A DNA stretch of 64,000 bases, taken from assembly GCA_025450445.1 (NCBI GenBank), contig JANWHN010000055.1, positions 1,325 to 65,324 of the forward strand, written 5' to 3'. How positions within the stretch are numbered: the stretch's first letter is position 1; the number at the start of each line of letters is the position of its first letter. The notes below the pieces were generated by a model, which saw only the letters and a program-made list of their open reading frames with translations, ran no database searches and was not told the DNA's origin. Shown here piece by piece: positions 18,089-26,876 of this stretch. Made by a program: the position numbers and the translations under genes. The stretch comes from Anaerolineales bacterium. Lineage in GTDB: Bacteria; Chloroflexota; Anaerolineae; Anaerolineales; UBA11579.

Positions 18089-18136
18089 ATGTTGACCAAA
18101 CGAAATCATTGCTTGTGTTGTGGGCGGGGGAGCTAA
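18089..18136 (+). CDS. Candidate 15-aa leader peptide MLTKRNHCLCCGRGS (3 Cys codons)
   Basis: ATG 18089 to TAA 18134-18136. Cys codons at 18110, 18116 and 18119. The stop codon lies inside the antiterminator arm. Confidence 0.5.
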   Translation: MLTKRNHCLCCGRGS

Positions 18137-18237
18137 CCGCCTACTAACCTCAAAGCGCATTAGCTGCGGCTAACAGAGGACGGGCGGTTGCCACCCCGCA
18201 TGCAATTTTTGCATGCCGCCGGCAAGCCCGTTTTTTT
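18122..18237 (+). promoter_or_regulatory. Terminator/antiterminator (attenuator) of the cysM leader
   Basis: 18124-18141 can pair with 18183-18199 (6 + 7 bp). The latter overlaps the 5' arm of the hairpin ACGGGC(18180)...GCCCGT(18231), which is followed by T7. Confidence 0.5.
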
Positions 18238-18270
18238 ATTTCTGTTAGTCGCTTTTGTTTTTGAGATGAG

Positions 18271-19218
18271 ATGTTAAATACAAAAACAGATCTCCCACCG
18301 ATTAGGAAAAGCATCAGCACCAGCCTGCTGGATGCTGTTGGCAACACGCCATTGCTGCAATTGAATCGTGTCACCGCAGGTTTGCCCAGCGGTGTGGGCG
18401 TATTCGCTAAAGCCGAGTGGTTTAACCCGGGTGGGTCCGTAAAGGATCGGCCGGCTGCAAACATCATTCGTGCTGCTCTTTCATCCGGTGAATTGGGCAA
18501 GGGTAAGGTGCTGCTCGATTCTACGTCTGGAAATATGGGCATTTCATATGCGACTTTGGCTGCCTCTTTTGGAATTCCGGTCACTCTCGCCGTTCCAGCC
18601 AGCGCAAGCCCCGAACGCATGGCAATCCTGGGCATGCTCGGTGCGGAAGTGCATCTTAGCGATGCGCTCGAAGGTTCCGATGGTGCGATCTTGCTGGCAC
18701 GCCAGATGGTTGAAGCGGATCCATCGCGCTACTACTATGCCAATCAATACAACAACCCCGCCAACTGGCAAGCTCATTTCCAAACCACCGGCCCAGAGAT
18801 CTGGCAGCAATTCAACAATGAGATTACCCATTTCGTTATTGGCCTCGGCACAACGGGCACGCTAATGGGTGCTGGACGCTACCTTCGCGACCAAAATCCA
18901 AGCGTCAAAATCATCGGCTTCCAGCCCGACGCGCCGTTCCACGGATTAGAAGGACTCAAACATTTGCCAACTGCTATTCCGCCTGGAATTTACGAACCGG
19001 ATTTTGCCGACGAGATTTTAGAAGCCAGCACAGAAGAAGCCCATGCAATGACCAAGCGTCTCGCCCGCGAAGAAGGCTTATTCGTCGGCGTGTCCTCTGG
19101 CGCCGCCGCGGTTGCTGCCCTGCGCGTCGCCCAACGGCTTAACCACGGAACGGTGGTCACGATATTCCCAGACGCCGGTTACAAATACCTCTCCGAATCT
19201 TTCTGGGGATTTGCGTAA
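18271..19218 (+). CDS. cysM: Cysteine synthase, CysM-like (PLP, sulfur-carrier dependent by context)
   Basis: NPGGSVKDRPA, TSGNMGISYA, GTTGTLMG, VGVSSGAA. Confidence 0.85.
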   Translation: MLNTKTDLPPIRKSISTSLLDAVGNTPLLQLNRVTAGLPSGVGVFAKAEWFNPGGSVKDRPAANIIRAALSSGELGKGKVLLDSTSGNMGISYATLAASFGIPVTLAVPASASPERMAILGMLGAEVHLSDALEGSDGAILLARQMVEADPSRYYYANQYNNPANWQAHFQTTGPEIWQQFNNEITHFVIGLGTTGTLMGAGRYLRDQNPSVKIIGFQPDAPFHGLEGLKHLPTAIPPGIYEPDFADEILEASTEEAHAMTKRLAREEGLFVGVSSGAAAVAALRVAQRLNHGTVVTIFPDAGYKYLSESFWGFA

Positions 19219-19661
19219 TGAAATTGCAGCTATCCGCCGAGCTTCTCGCTCAGATCCATGCCCACGGCGAAGCCGCCTATCCCGAAGAGGGTGCCGGGTT
19301 CTTGCTCGGCAAAGCCGATGGCGAAAGTCGCACTGGCACCCTGATCCTGCCCGCCAACAATTCTCGCGAAGATTCAGCCCGCCAGAATCGATACCAGATT
19401 ACCCCGCAAGAGAATCTAAAAGCTGAGGAACTTGCAACCGCCCGCGGCTTGGATGTCATTGGGATCTTCCATTCGCATCCCGATCATCCTAACCAGCCCT
19501 CGGACTTTGATCGCGAGTGGGCTTTGCCCTGGTATAGCTACCTGATCACAAGTGTGAACAAGGGCAAGGCGGTCGAAACGCGCTCATGGCGACTCAGTGA
19601 CGATCGTTCCAAATATTCTGAAGAAGCAATTGCAATCATAGAATCCACCAAGGAGAATTAA
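19218..19661 (+). CDS. mec: JAMM/MPN+ metalloprotease (Mec+-like)
   Basis: EEGAGFLLG plus HSHPDHPNQPSDFD (ExnHxHx7Sx2D). TAATG coupling on both sides. Confidence 0.85.
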   Translation: MKLQLSAELLAQIHAHGEAAYPEEGAGFLLGKADGESRTGTLILPANNSREDSARQNRYQITPQENLKAEELATARGLDVIGIFHSHPDHPNQPSDFDREWALPWYSYLITSVNKGKAVETRSWRLSDDRSKYSEEAIAIIESTKEN

Positions 19662-20407
19662 TGGCAACTTTAAGAATCCCCACTCCGCTCCGCGCCTATG
19701 CCGGCGGGGCATCTCAACTGGATATCAAATCCGAAAAAGTTTCGGGAGCGCTTGATGAGCTTGTCAAAGCCCATCCTGAGCTGAAGCCGCATTTGTTTCA
19801 GGAATCCGGCGAATTGCGCGCTTTCGTCAACCTCTTCGTGAACGATGAGAATGTGCGCGACCTCGCCGGCGCCGACACGCCGCTCAAATCCGGCGACACC
19901 CTTATGATCCTGCCCAGCATCGCCGGCGGCGTCGATCTTCAAAAGGTCGACCATGCCGCCTTGCGTACGAACCAAGTCTTCATCATTGGTTTGAGTCTCG
20001 CTGCCTTCATCTTGGACGCAGCCTGGTTGGCAGGCTTCGTTGGCCTGGCTATGCTTATCGGCACATTGCTCAAAAAACCCGGCTTCGGCTTTGTCTACCA
20101 AGGTTGGCTGAAGCCCAGCGGTATTCTGAAACCAGACGTGATCGCAGACAATCCTGAGCCGCATCGCTTCGCGCAGGGTTTCGGCGCGGTCGTTGACTTG
20201 GCTGGGTTTGCTTTGCTACTCGTCGGCGCAACGGGTGCCGGTTGGGCTTTGATATGGATCGTTATCTTCCTGGCGGCCCTGAACCTTTTCTTCGGTTTCT
20301 GTGCTGGCTGCGCCGTCTACTACTGGCTCAACCGCCTGCGAGTGCCCGGCTTCGTTAAAGCCGCGCCCGCCGGCTCCTTTCCCGGGCTCCGGCCAAAGGC
20401 AAGCTAG
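19661..20407 (+). CDS. cysO: ThiS/MoaD-like sulfur carrier (CysO-like, residues 1-90 ending Gly-Gly) fused to a DUF4395-like 4-TM membrane domain
   Basis: MATLRIPTPLR...GDTLMILPSIAGG (GG at 19925-19930), then VDLQKVDHAALRTNQ plus hydrophobic helices. Confidence 0.75.
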   Translation: MATLRIPTPLRAYAGGASQLDIKSEKVSGALDELVKAHPELKPHLFQESGELRAFVNLFVNDENVRDLAGADTPLKSGDTLMILPSIAGGVDLQKVDHAALRTNQVFIIGLSLAAFILDAAWLAGFVGLAMLIGTLLKKPGFGFVYQGWLKPSGILKPDVIADNPEPHRFAQGFGAVVDLAGFALLLVGATGAGWALIWIVIFLAALNLFFGFCAGCAVYYWLNRLRVPGFVKAAPAGSFPGLRPKAS

Positions 20408-20874
20408 TGCAAGATATCCTTCTCCGCGCTGGCTGGGCGCTCGCTATTGCAGCTTTGGGATTCCTTGCTTATCTGGCTTGGAATAGCGTCCAGATTGCCC
20501 GCTTGCGTAAGCCTGCCAGCGGTCTCGAGGCTTTTGTTCCCGGCCAGCCCGGCATCCTCTACTTCACTACACCCGATTGCGTGCCATGCAAAACCCAGCA
20601 GCGCCCGGCTTTCCAAAAGCTGACCGAAGGCCTTAGCGTCAAGGTGCAAATTATTGAGATAGATGCAACTCAGCGCCCAGACCTCGCCGATTACTGGGGT
20701 GTGCTTTCTGTGCCCACGACGTTTATCATTGACTCAAAGCTGGAGCCGCGCGCCATCAACCACGGAGTTGCCAGCGCAGAAAAACTGAAAAAGCAAATCG
20801 ACTCGGCCGAAGGCGGGGCTGCGCTCTGGATCCAAGAAAAGCGCGTCGGTTTCGCCAGTGATCGAGAAAGTTAG
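20407..20874 (+). CDS. Membrane-anchored thioredoxin-fold protein (CxxC = CVPC)
   Basis: N-terminal TM helix; FTTPDCVPCK; SVPTTFII (cis-Pro loop). Confidence 0.7.
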   Translation: MQDILLRAGWALAIAALGFLAYLAWNSVQIARLRKPASGLEAFVPGQPGILYFTTPDCVPCKTQQRPAFQKLTEGLSVKVQIIEIDATQRPDLADYWGVLSVPTTFIIDSKLEPRAINHGVASAEKLKKQIDSAEGGAALWIQEKRVGFASDRES

Positions 20875-20882
20875 GAGCATTC

Positions 20883-22052
20883 ATGTTGAACGTTCAGCAA
20901 AGTAACGATCTTTCCCGCGAAGAAGTCCTTCGCTATTCGCGCCACCTACTGATTCCCGAAGTCGGTCTCGCCGGCCAGCGCAAACTTAAGGCCTCGTCCG
21001 TCTTGGTCATCGGCACAGGTGGTTTGGGCTCACCAGTCGCCATGTACCTGGCCGCGGCCGGGGTGGGGCGGATTGGTCTCGTTGATTACGACGTTGTCGA
21101 TTTCTCCAACTTGCAGCGCCAGGTCATCCACGGCACTTCGAAACTTGGCAAGCTAAAAGTTGAATCTGCCAAAGAACGCATTCTCGATATCAATCCTTCC
21201 GTCCAGGTCGAGGTCTATAACGTTCCCTTTACTTCAGCCAACGCGCTGAGCATCGCCGAAGGCTATGAGCTCGTCATCGACGGCACCGATAATTTCCCGA
21301 CCCGCTATTTGGTAAACGATGTGTGCGTCAAGCTGGGGATTCCAAATGTCTACGGCTCTATTTTTCGGTTCGATGGCCAGGTCAGCGTGTTCGACGGTCA
21401 GCAAGGTCCTTGCTATCGCTGCCTCTTCCCCGAGCCACCGCCGCCCGGTCTCGTCCCCTCGTGCGCGGAGGGTGGGGTGCTTGGCGTGTTGCCCGGCATC
21501 ATTGGCTCGATGCAAGCAAGCGAAGGTCTCAAATTGCTGCTTGGAATCGGCGAACCCTTGCGCGGCAAACTGCTGCTCTTCAACGCGCTCGACATGACCT
21601 TCGATTTTGTCAAGCTGCGCAAGAATCCAAATTGCGCCGTGTGCAGTCTCCCCAGCGAAAAAATTGAATTGATCGATTACGAAGCGTTCTGCGGCGTTCC
21701 CGCACACGACCACGAAGAGGCGAACATGGAAAATCAATATGAGATCGGCCCCAAAGAATTGGCCGAACAAATGAAGAACGGCCACAACATCAAGTTGATA
21801 GATGTGCGGGAGCCGCACGAGCTGCAGATCTCGCAGATCGACGGCGCCAAGCTCATCCCGCTCGGCGAAGTTGCCGGGCGTCTCTCCGAACTGGATACAG
21901 CCGACGAGCTCGTCGTCTTCTGCCGGACCGGCGGCCGCTCCGCTCGCGCCGTTGAACTCATGCTGTCCGCCGGCTTCCGCAAAGTGAAAAACTTGCGTGG
22001 CGGTATTAACTCCTGGGCTGAGCAAGTCGATCCTAGCCTGCCCAAGTACTAA
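20883..22052 (+). CDS. moeZ: MoeZ/MoeB-type adenylyltransferase-sulfurtransferase (E1-like domain + C-terminal rhodanese)
   Basis: RYSRHLLIPEVG, GTGGLGSP, CYRCLFP...CAEGGVLG; rhodanese active-site loop FCRTGGRS. Confidence 0.9.
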   Translation: MLNVQQSNDLSREEVLRYSRHLLIPEVGLAGQRKLKASSVLVIGTGGLGSPVAMYLAAAGVGRIGLVDYDVVDFSNLQRQVIHGTSKLGKLKVESAKERILDINPSVQVEVYNVPFTSANALSIAEGYELVIDGTDNFPTRYLVNDVCVKLGIPNVYGSIFRFDGQVSVFDGQQGPCYRCLFPEPPPPGLVPSCAEGGVLGVLPGIIGSMQASEGLKLLLGIGEPLRGKLLLFNALDMTFDFVKLRKNPNCAVCSLPSEKIELIDYEAFCGVPAHDHEEANMENQYEIGPKELAEQMKNGHNIKLIDVREPHELQISQIDGAKLIPLGEVAGRLSELDTADELVVFCRTGGRSARAVELMLSAGFRKVKNLRGGINSWAEQVDPSLPKY

Positions 22053-22080
22053 GCACTAGCTTCACCGAGTCGTAAAAAAA

Positions 22081-22914
22081 ATGGCGCGAGTACGTGAAAA
22101 GAAAACCATGCTTGTTGTGCTCGCCCATCCTGATGACGAGTCCTTCGGCATGGGGGGCACGATCGCGTATTACGCCGCCAAAGGCGTCGCCGTGCACCTG
22201 TTGTGTGCAACCCGCGGGGAAGCGGGCACGGTCGAGTCGCAATTCCTAAAAAAGCACAAAACAATTGCCAAGCTGCGCGAAGCCGAGCTAAGTTGCGCGG
22301 CTAAAGCTCTTGGATTGGCCAGCGTCATTTATCTTGGCTATCGCGATTCCGGCATGGCTGGCTCCGCCGACAATCGCAACCCCGCTTCGTTATTCCGCGC
22401 CCCAGTCGATAAAGTCGCCGAAAAGATCGTGCGCCACATCCGCCGCCTTCGACCTCAAGTCGTGGTCACCTTTGATCCAGTGGGCGGCTATCACCACCCC
22501 GACCATATCGCCATCCATAAAGCGACCGTCAGAGCCTTCAGTTCGGCAAAAGCTTTCAATCATGGATCCCAGCTTTATCACACCGCCCTGAACCGGCGTC
22601 GCCTGCGTTGGATCGTTTTCATGATGCGCCTCTCCGGCAAAGATCCCACCCAGGTCGGCCGCAACAAAGATATCGACCTGACCGCGCTGACCCGCGACAA
22701 GGACACACCCGCCCACGTCACCATCAACTACCGCAGCGTCCGCGCCCGCAAAGAGCAGGCCGATGCCTGCCATGCCAGCCAGCTCGAGGGACGCTTCACC
22801 CGCGTCACCCTAATGGACATTTATTGGCGCATCTTCGGCCGGTCGGATACCTTTACTCGCATGGTGCCTGCGACTACGAATGGCTACCACTCGACCGACC
22901 TGTTTGCCGCTTAA
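22081..22914 (+). CDS. LmbE/PIG-L family N-acetylglucosaminyl deacetylase
   Basis: VLAHPDDESFGMGGT, YRDSG, HPDH. Confidence 0.85.
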   Translation: MARVREKKTMLVVLAHPDDESFGMGGTIAYYAAKGVAVHLLCATRGEAGTVESQFLKKHKTIAKLREAELSCAAKALGLASVIYLGYRDSGMAGSADNRNPASLFRAPVDKVAEKIVRHIRRLRPQVVVTFDPVGGYHHPDHIAIHKATVRAFSSAKAFNHGSQLYHTALNRRRLRWIVFMMRLSGKDPTQVGRNKDIDLTALTRDKDTPAHVTINYRSVRARKEQADACHASQLEGRFTRVTLMDIYWRIFGRSDTFTRMVPATTNGYHSTDLFAA

Positions 22915-22966
22915 AATCGGCATGGTACAATCTGCCGCTGTTGCCGAATAGACAAAGGATTAAGAA

Positions 22967-23317
22967 ATGCCAGATCTGTTGAAGTTGGTTGAAGGAAAAG
23001 TAAACGAAAATATCCCTGCGTTGCGCGCTGGTGACCAGGTTAGCGTACACGTCAAGATCAAAGAAGGCGAACGCGAACGTATCCAGGAGTTCAAGGGCAC
23101 CGTTCTGCGCATCGGCAAGAAGGGCCAAACCCGAAATTTCACCGTCCGCCGTATGGCCAGCAATGGCATCGGCGTCGAGCGCACCTTTTTGCTTCGCTCC
23201 CCGATGATCGAGAAGGTCGTGGTCGAGCGCAATTCGAAGGTCCGCCGAGCCCACCTAACTTACCTCCGTGAAGCCCGCGGCAAGAGCGGCCGCCTCAAGC
23301 AGAAGTTTGAAGAATAG
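22967..23317 (+). CDS. rplS: 50S ribosomal protein L19
   Basis: PALRAGDQVSVHVKIKEGERERIQEFKGTVL, SPMIEKVVV. Confidence 0.95.
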   Translation: MPDLLKLVEGKVNENIPALRAGDQVSVHVKIKEGERERIQEFKGTVLRIGKKGQTRNFTVRRMASNGIGVERTFLLRSPMIEKVVVERNSKVRRAHLTYLREARGKSGRLKQKFEE

Positions 23318-23345
23318 CCGCAAAATGGTTCTGGTATAACAACGA

Positions 23346-23376
23346 GCGCAGTCAGTTGACTGCGCTTTTTCTTTTT
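23346..23376 (+). terminator. Intrinsic terminator after rplS
   Basis: Stem GCGCAGTCA/TGACTGCGC, then TTTTTCTTTTT. Confidence 0.65.
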
Positions 23377-23378
23377 CC

Positions 23379-24209
23379 GTGACCACACAAAACGACCCGC
23401 AAGCACCCATCGGCGCCTTTGATTCAGGAGTAGGGGGCCTTTCCGTCCTGCGCTCTATTCGAGCCCAACTGCCCGGCGAAGACATCATTTACATAGGCGA
23501 TCAGGCCAACGTGCCTTACGGTCCACGCGGCAAAGCTGAAGTTCGCCGACTCTCAGAAGGCATTGTCAGCTTTTTGATGGGCGAAGGCGCCAAGCTTATC
23601 GTCATTCCCTGCCACACCGCATCTGCCGCCGCGTTGCATTCATTGCGCGAGCAGTATCCAGGCTTTCCATTCGTCGGGATGGAGCCTGCGGTTAAACCTG
23701 CGGTTGAGCAGAGTAAGAGCGGGGTAGTTGGCGTGCTGGCGACGCCAACTACTTTCGAAGGCGAGCTGTATGCGTCAGTCGTTGAGCGTTTTGGTCAGGG
23801 CACCACGTTGCTGCAAAGTACATGTCTGGGATTGGTGGCTGAGATCGAAGCTGGCCGTGCTAACGGTCCAAAGGCCAAGCGAATTCTCCAAGAAGCTCTG
23901 GAACCAATGATCGCAAAAGGTATCGATACGGTTGTACTAGGCTGTACCCACTACCCATTTTCGTTCGACAGCATTCGCCAGATTGTCGGCGACGATGTTC
24001 GCCTGATTGACCCCGCGCCGGCGATCGCCCGCCGCGTTGAAAGTCTATTGGCCGAAATGCACGCAAAAAATCCAAGCGATCAAGGCAGTATGCGTTATCT
24101 GACCAGCGGCGATCCAGTGACTATGAGAGCCAGGATTGCTGAATTGGTGAACGAAAATGTTAAAGTTGAAAAAGTCGACTGGAAAAACGGCGAGCTAACT
24201 AAGCGGTAG
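23379..24209 (+). CDS. murI: Glutamate racemase
   Basis: IGAFDSGVGGLSV, GDQANVPYG, IPCHTASA, LGCTHYP. GTG start. Confidence 0.9.
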   Translation: MTTQNDPQAPIGAFDSGVGGLSVLRSIRAQLPGEDIIYIGDQANVPYGPRGKAEVRRLSEGIVSFLMGEGAKLIVIPCHTASAAALHSLREQYPGFPFVGMEPAVKPAVEQSKSGVVGVLATPTTFEGELYASVVERFGQGTTLLQSTCLGLVAEIEAGRANGPKAKRILQEALEPMIAKGIDTVVLGCTHYPFSFDSIRQIVGDDVRLIDPAPAIARRVESLLAEMHAKNPSDQGSMRYLTSGDPVTMRARIAELVNENVKVEKVDWKNGELTKR

Positions 24210-24849
24210 TTGCTTTCTTTTCTTCCTGTTTCGTGTCTGCAAACTTAATCCCCACCCGTTTCATGTCGTACTTGACGTTCTTGAGATTGTCAAAGGTCAG
24301 ATCGGGAAAGTTCATGCTGAACAATTCTTTCAAACGGCGAAAGATACTGATATAGGTCTCTGGAAGCCGTTCGTCCCAATTTAGTCCTAGCCGCAAAGAA
24401 GCTTCTTTGATTGGCAAGGCCTGGTTTCCTTCGATCTCCACGAAATGGCCGTAGGGCATTTCGTCAAGAGTGACCTTGAGTCCGTTCAAATCGTACGTGG
24501 TTCGATACTTCTCGTAAACAAATTTCGAACGAAATCCCAGCGCCTCAATTAGCTTCTGTGCCGAGGTGAAGTTGCTCACCTCGAATTCGATCTCTTGTCG
24601 CGCCAGCACTCCGCCCAATGTGCTGCTCGGCCCCTTGAAGGTAACGTGGCTGCTTGAGTCGCGGCGCAAGCGCAGCATGCTCGACTCTTGCGCAAGCCCA
24701 CCTTCAGGCGTGTCGAAGCGTAAGTTGTATTCGTGGGTGCGCGGCTGCACCAACATCGCGCCAGCTTTAACGAGGCGATTTTCCATCTCAGCTAAATCGC
24801 TGACGAAAAATTTGACTTCTAGTTCTTTGTCGCTTGCCAACATGATCAT
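24199..24849 (-). CDS. CYTH-domain protein (triphosphate tunnel metalloenzyme / class IV adenylate cyclase fold)
   Basis: N-terminal ELEVKF (ExExK). Confidence 0.7.
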   Translation of the reverse strand: MIMLASDKELEVKFFVSDLAEMENRLVKAGAMLVQPRTHEYNLRFDTPEGGLAQESSMLRLRRDSSSHVTFKGPSSTLGGVLARQEIEFEVSNFTSAQKLIEALGFRSKFVYEKYRTTYDLNGLKVTLDEMPYGHFVEIEGNQALPIKEASLRLGLNWDERLPETYISIFRRLKELFSMNFPDLTFDNLKNVKYDMKRVGIKFADTKQEEKKATTA

Positions 24850-24851
24850 TG

Positions 24852-25352
24852 TTATTCCACACTCAGCATAGCCTGACGCTGTTCCACGCTATCTCCAGCC
24901 TTCACCTGAATTCTCACGACTTTGCCATCCCGCGGCGATTTGAGTTCGTTTTGCATTTTCATTGACTCAAGGATAATGAGCACGTCACCCTTCTTCACTA
25001 CTGCCCCATCTTCAACCGCAACCTTTACAATCAATCCCGGCATTGGCGCCCGCATCGTGAATTCGCCGCTGGCCGCGGTGCCCACTCCGCCTGCAACCTT
25101 TAGCCTTTTCTCGCGCTCATCCTCGATCGTCGCCGTGTAAAGCGCGCCGCGCAAAATTACTTGCAGCGTGCCTTCCTCTCCCTGGTCCACGTGTGCCTGA
25201 TGCGACTGTCCGTCCACTAACAAACTGTAGATCGGCTGCCCGCTGACAGATTGGAAATCCACCTCGTAGACATGACCATTTACGCTAACCTGGCCTGGCC
25301 CAAGGATCTCAACTTCGTATTGCTTTTCGTCGATTGTGGTAATGTATTTCAT
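24852..25352 (-). CDS. Biotin carboxyl carrier subunit (biotinyl domain)
   Basis: C-terminal GDVLIILESMKMQNEL biotinylation motif. Confidence 0.85.
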   Translation of the reverse strand: MKYITTIDEKQYEVEILGPGQVSVNGHVYEVDFQSVSGQPIYSLLVDGQSHQAHVDQGEEGTLQVILRGALYTATIEDEREKRLKVAGGVGTAASGEFTMRAPMPGLIVKVAVEDGAVVKKGDVLIILESMKMQNELKSPRDGKVVRIQVKAGDSVEQRQAMLSVE

Positions 25353-25355
25353 GAG

Positions 25356-26876
25356 CTATTGGTGCATGCGCTCCCAGCGAGAGATCCACTTCCAGTTGCT
25401 GGTATCCCGTTTGCCACGGGCAATAATGTGGGCGGATCGCTCGGCTTGCTGGTTGGCTACCAGCGTGGCAACGATCGCCGCGATTTCAGGGTGTGTCTCG
25501 CGCCCTTCATCCGCTTGCTCCAATGAGAAGCGCTCCTCGACGAACCGTGTGTCGAAATTTCCGGCAATGAAACGAGCTTGCTCCAGGATGCGTTGGTGGA
25601 AGGGGATGTTGGTCTTAACGCCAACGATTCGATATTCCTCAAGCGCGCGGCGCATGCGCAATATTGCCTGACCACGTGAATCACCGCGCACTACCAATTT
25701 AGAGATCAATGAATCGTAATAGGGCGAGATCTGGAAACCGGCGTAAACGCCGCTATCCACTCGCACTCCAGGCCCGGTTGGTACGGAATGATGGGAAACA
25801 AATCCAGTGGACGGCAAGAAATTGTTATATGGGTCCTCAGCGTTGATGCGGCACTCGATTGCCCAACCCTGCATCTTGACCTGCTCTTGCGTCAGGCTCA
25901 GTTGGCGGCCGCGGGCGATGCGCAATTGCTCAGTAACGATATCGACCCCCGTCACTTCTTCGGTGATTGGGTGCTCGACCTGCAAGCGCGTGTTCATTTC
26001 CAAAAAGAAGAAGTTCTTGTCTTTGTCGACCAGGAATTCGATCGTGCCCGCGTTGGCGTAATTGACCGCTTTGGCTGCTTTTACTGCCACCGCGCCCATC
26101 CGCTGCCGAAAATCCTCGTTGTCATCAATGAAAGGGGAGGGCGCTTCCTCGAGCAGCTTCTGATGCCGCCGCTGCAGCGAGCATTCGCGCTCGCCAAGAT
26201 GGATGGTGTTGCCTTCCATATCCGCCAGGATCTGGAATTCGATGTGCCGGGCCCCTTCGACCAGTTTCTCCAAGTACACGTTGCCGTCTCCGAAAGCCGC
26301 TTGTGCTTCGCGCCGAGCTGATTCCAGCAGAGAAGGCATTTCTTCTATGGCCTTGACCTCTCGCATGCCTTTGCCGCCGCCGCCAGCGGTGGCTTTGATC
26401 AAGAGCGGGAAACCAATTTGCGGTGCCACACGCAGCAGTTCTTCGTCGCTCAGGCTGCCTTCGCCTTCAGTGCCAGGCACGACCGGCACGCCGGCTGCGA
26501 CAACCGTCGCCCGCGCCACCGCCTTGTCACCCATGGCCGCTATGGCCGAAGCCCGTGGCCCAATGAACGTTATGCCCGCATCTTCACAGGCCTGCGAAAA
26601 GTCAGATCGCTCAGCAAGGAACCCGTAGCCTGGGTGGATCGCTCCGGCGCCAGATTTTTTGGCGACATCCAGAATCTTGTCCATCCGCAAATAAGAATCT
26701 TTCGACGGCGCTGGTCCGATCGGGTAGGCCTCGTCGGCGTAGCGAACATGCATCGCCTGCCGATCCGCTTCTGAGAAAACCGCAACCGTGTGCAGGCCAA
26801 GTTCACGACAAGCACGGATGATGCGGATGGCGATCTCGCCGCGGTTGGCGACCAGTACTTTGCTGAAATTACTCAT
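25356..26876 (-). CDS. accC: Biotin carboxylase subunit of an acyl-CoA carboxylase
   Basis: [44 protein letters not shown]. Confidence 0.95.
   Translation of the reverse strand: MSNFSKVLVANRGEIAIRIIRACRELGLHTVAVFSEADRQAMHVRYADEAYPIGPAPSKDSYLRMDKILDVAKKSGAGAIHPGYGFLAERSDFSQACEDAGITFIGPRASAIAAMGDKAVARATVVAAGVPVVPGTEGEGSLSDEELLRVAPQIGFPLLIKATAGGGGKGMREVKAIEEMPSLLESARREAQAAFGDGNVYLEKLVEGARHIEFQILADMEGNTIHLGERECSLQRRHQKLLEEAPSPFIDDNEDFRQRMGAVAVKAAKAVNYANAGTIEFLVDKDKNFFFLEMNTRLQVEHPITEEVTGVDIVTEQLRIARGRQLSLTQEQVKMQGWAIECRINAEDPYNNFLPSTGFVSHHSVPTGPGVRVDSGVYAGFQISPYYDSLISKLVVRGDSRGQAILRMRRALEEYRIVGVKTNIPFHQRILEQARFIAGNFDTRFVEERFSLEQADEGRETHPEIAAIVATLVANQQAERSAHIIARGKRDTSNWKWISRWERMHQ

Noticed and set aside
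18183-18199. On the minus strand this reads GCGGGGTGGCAACCGCC, which resembles the T-box core GGGTGGTACCGCG. I also considered a SAM or other riboswitch upstream of cysM.
   Set aside because: The orientation is wrong for the cysteine operon, there is one extra base relative to the T-box, and no specifier-loop architecture is present. I could not match SAM-I, SAM-II or any other riboswitch consensus by eye. The leader-peptide attenuator explains the structure better.
18150-18635. 161-aa minus-strand ORF covering the cysM leader and the 5' end of cysM.
   Set aside because: It is antisense to cysM and runs through the terminator hairpin. The translation is Ala/Arg-rich without motifs.
21234-22025. 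263-aa minus-strand ORF opposite moeZ. Similar antisense ORFs occur at 56087..56878 (der), 61561..62289 (aldehyde dehydrogenase), 59160..59726 (rpiB), 3328..3987, 10683..11255, 19670..20164 and 38268..38819.
   Set aside because: All lie opposite genes with clear family motifs, and none has a recognisable motif or ribosome-binding site.
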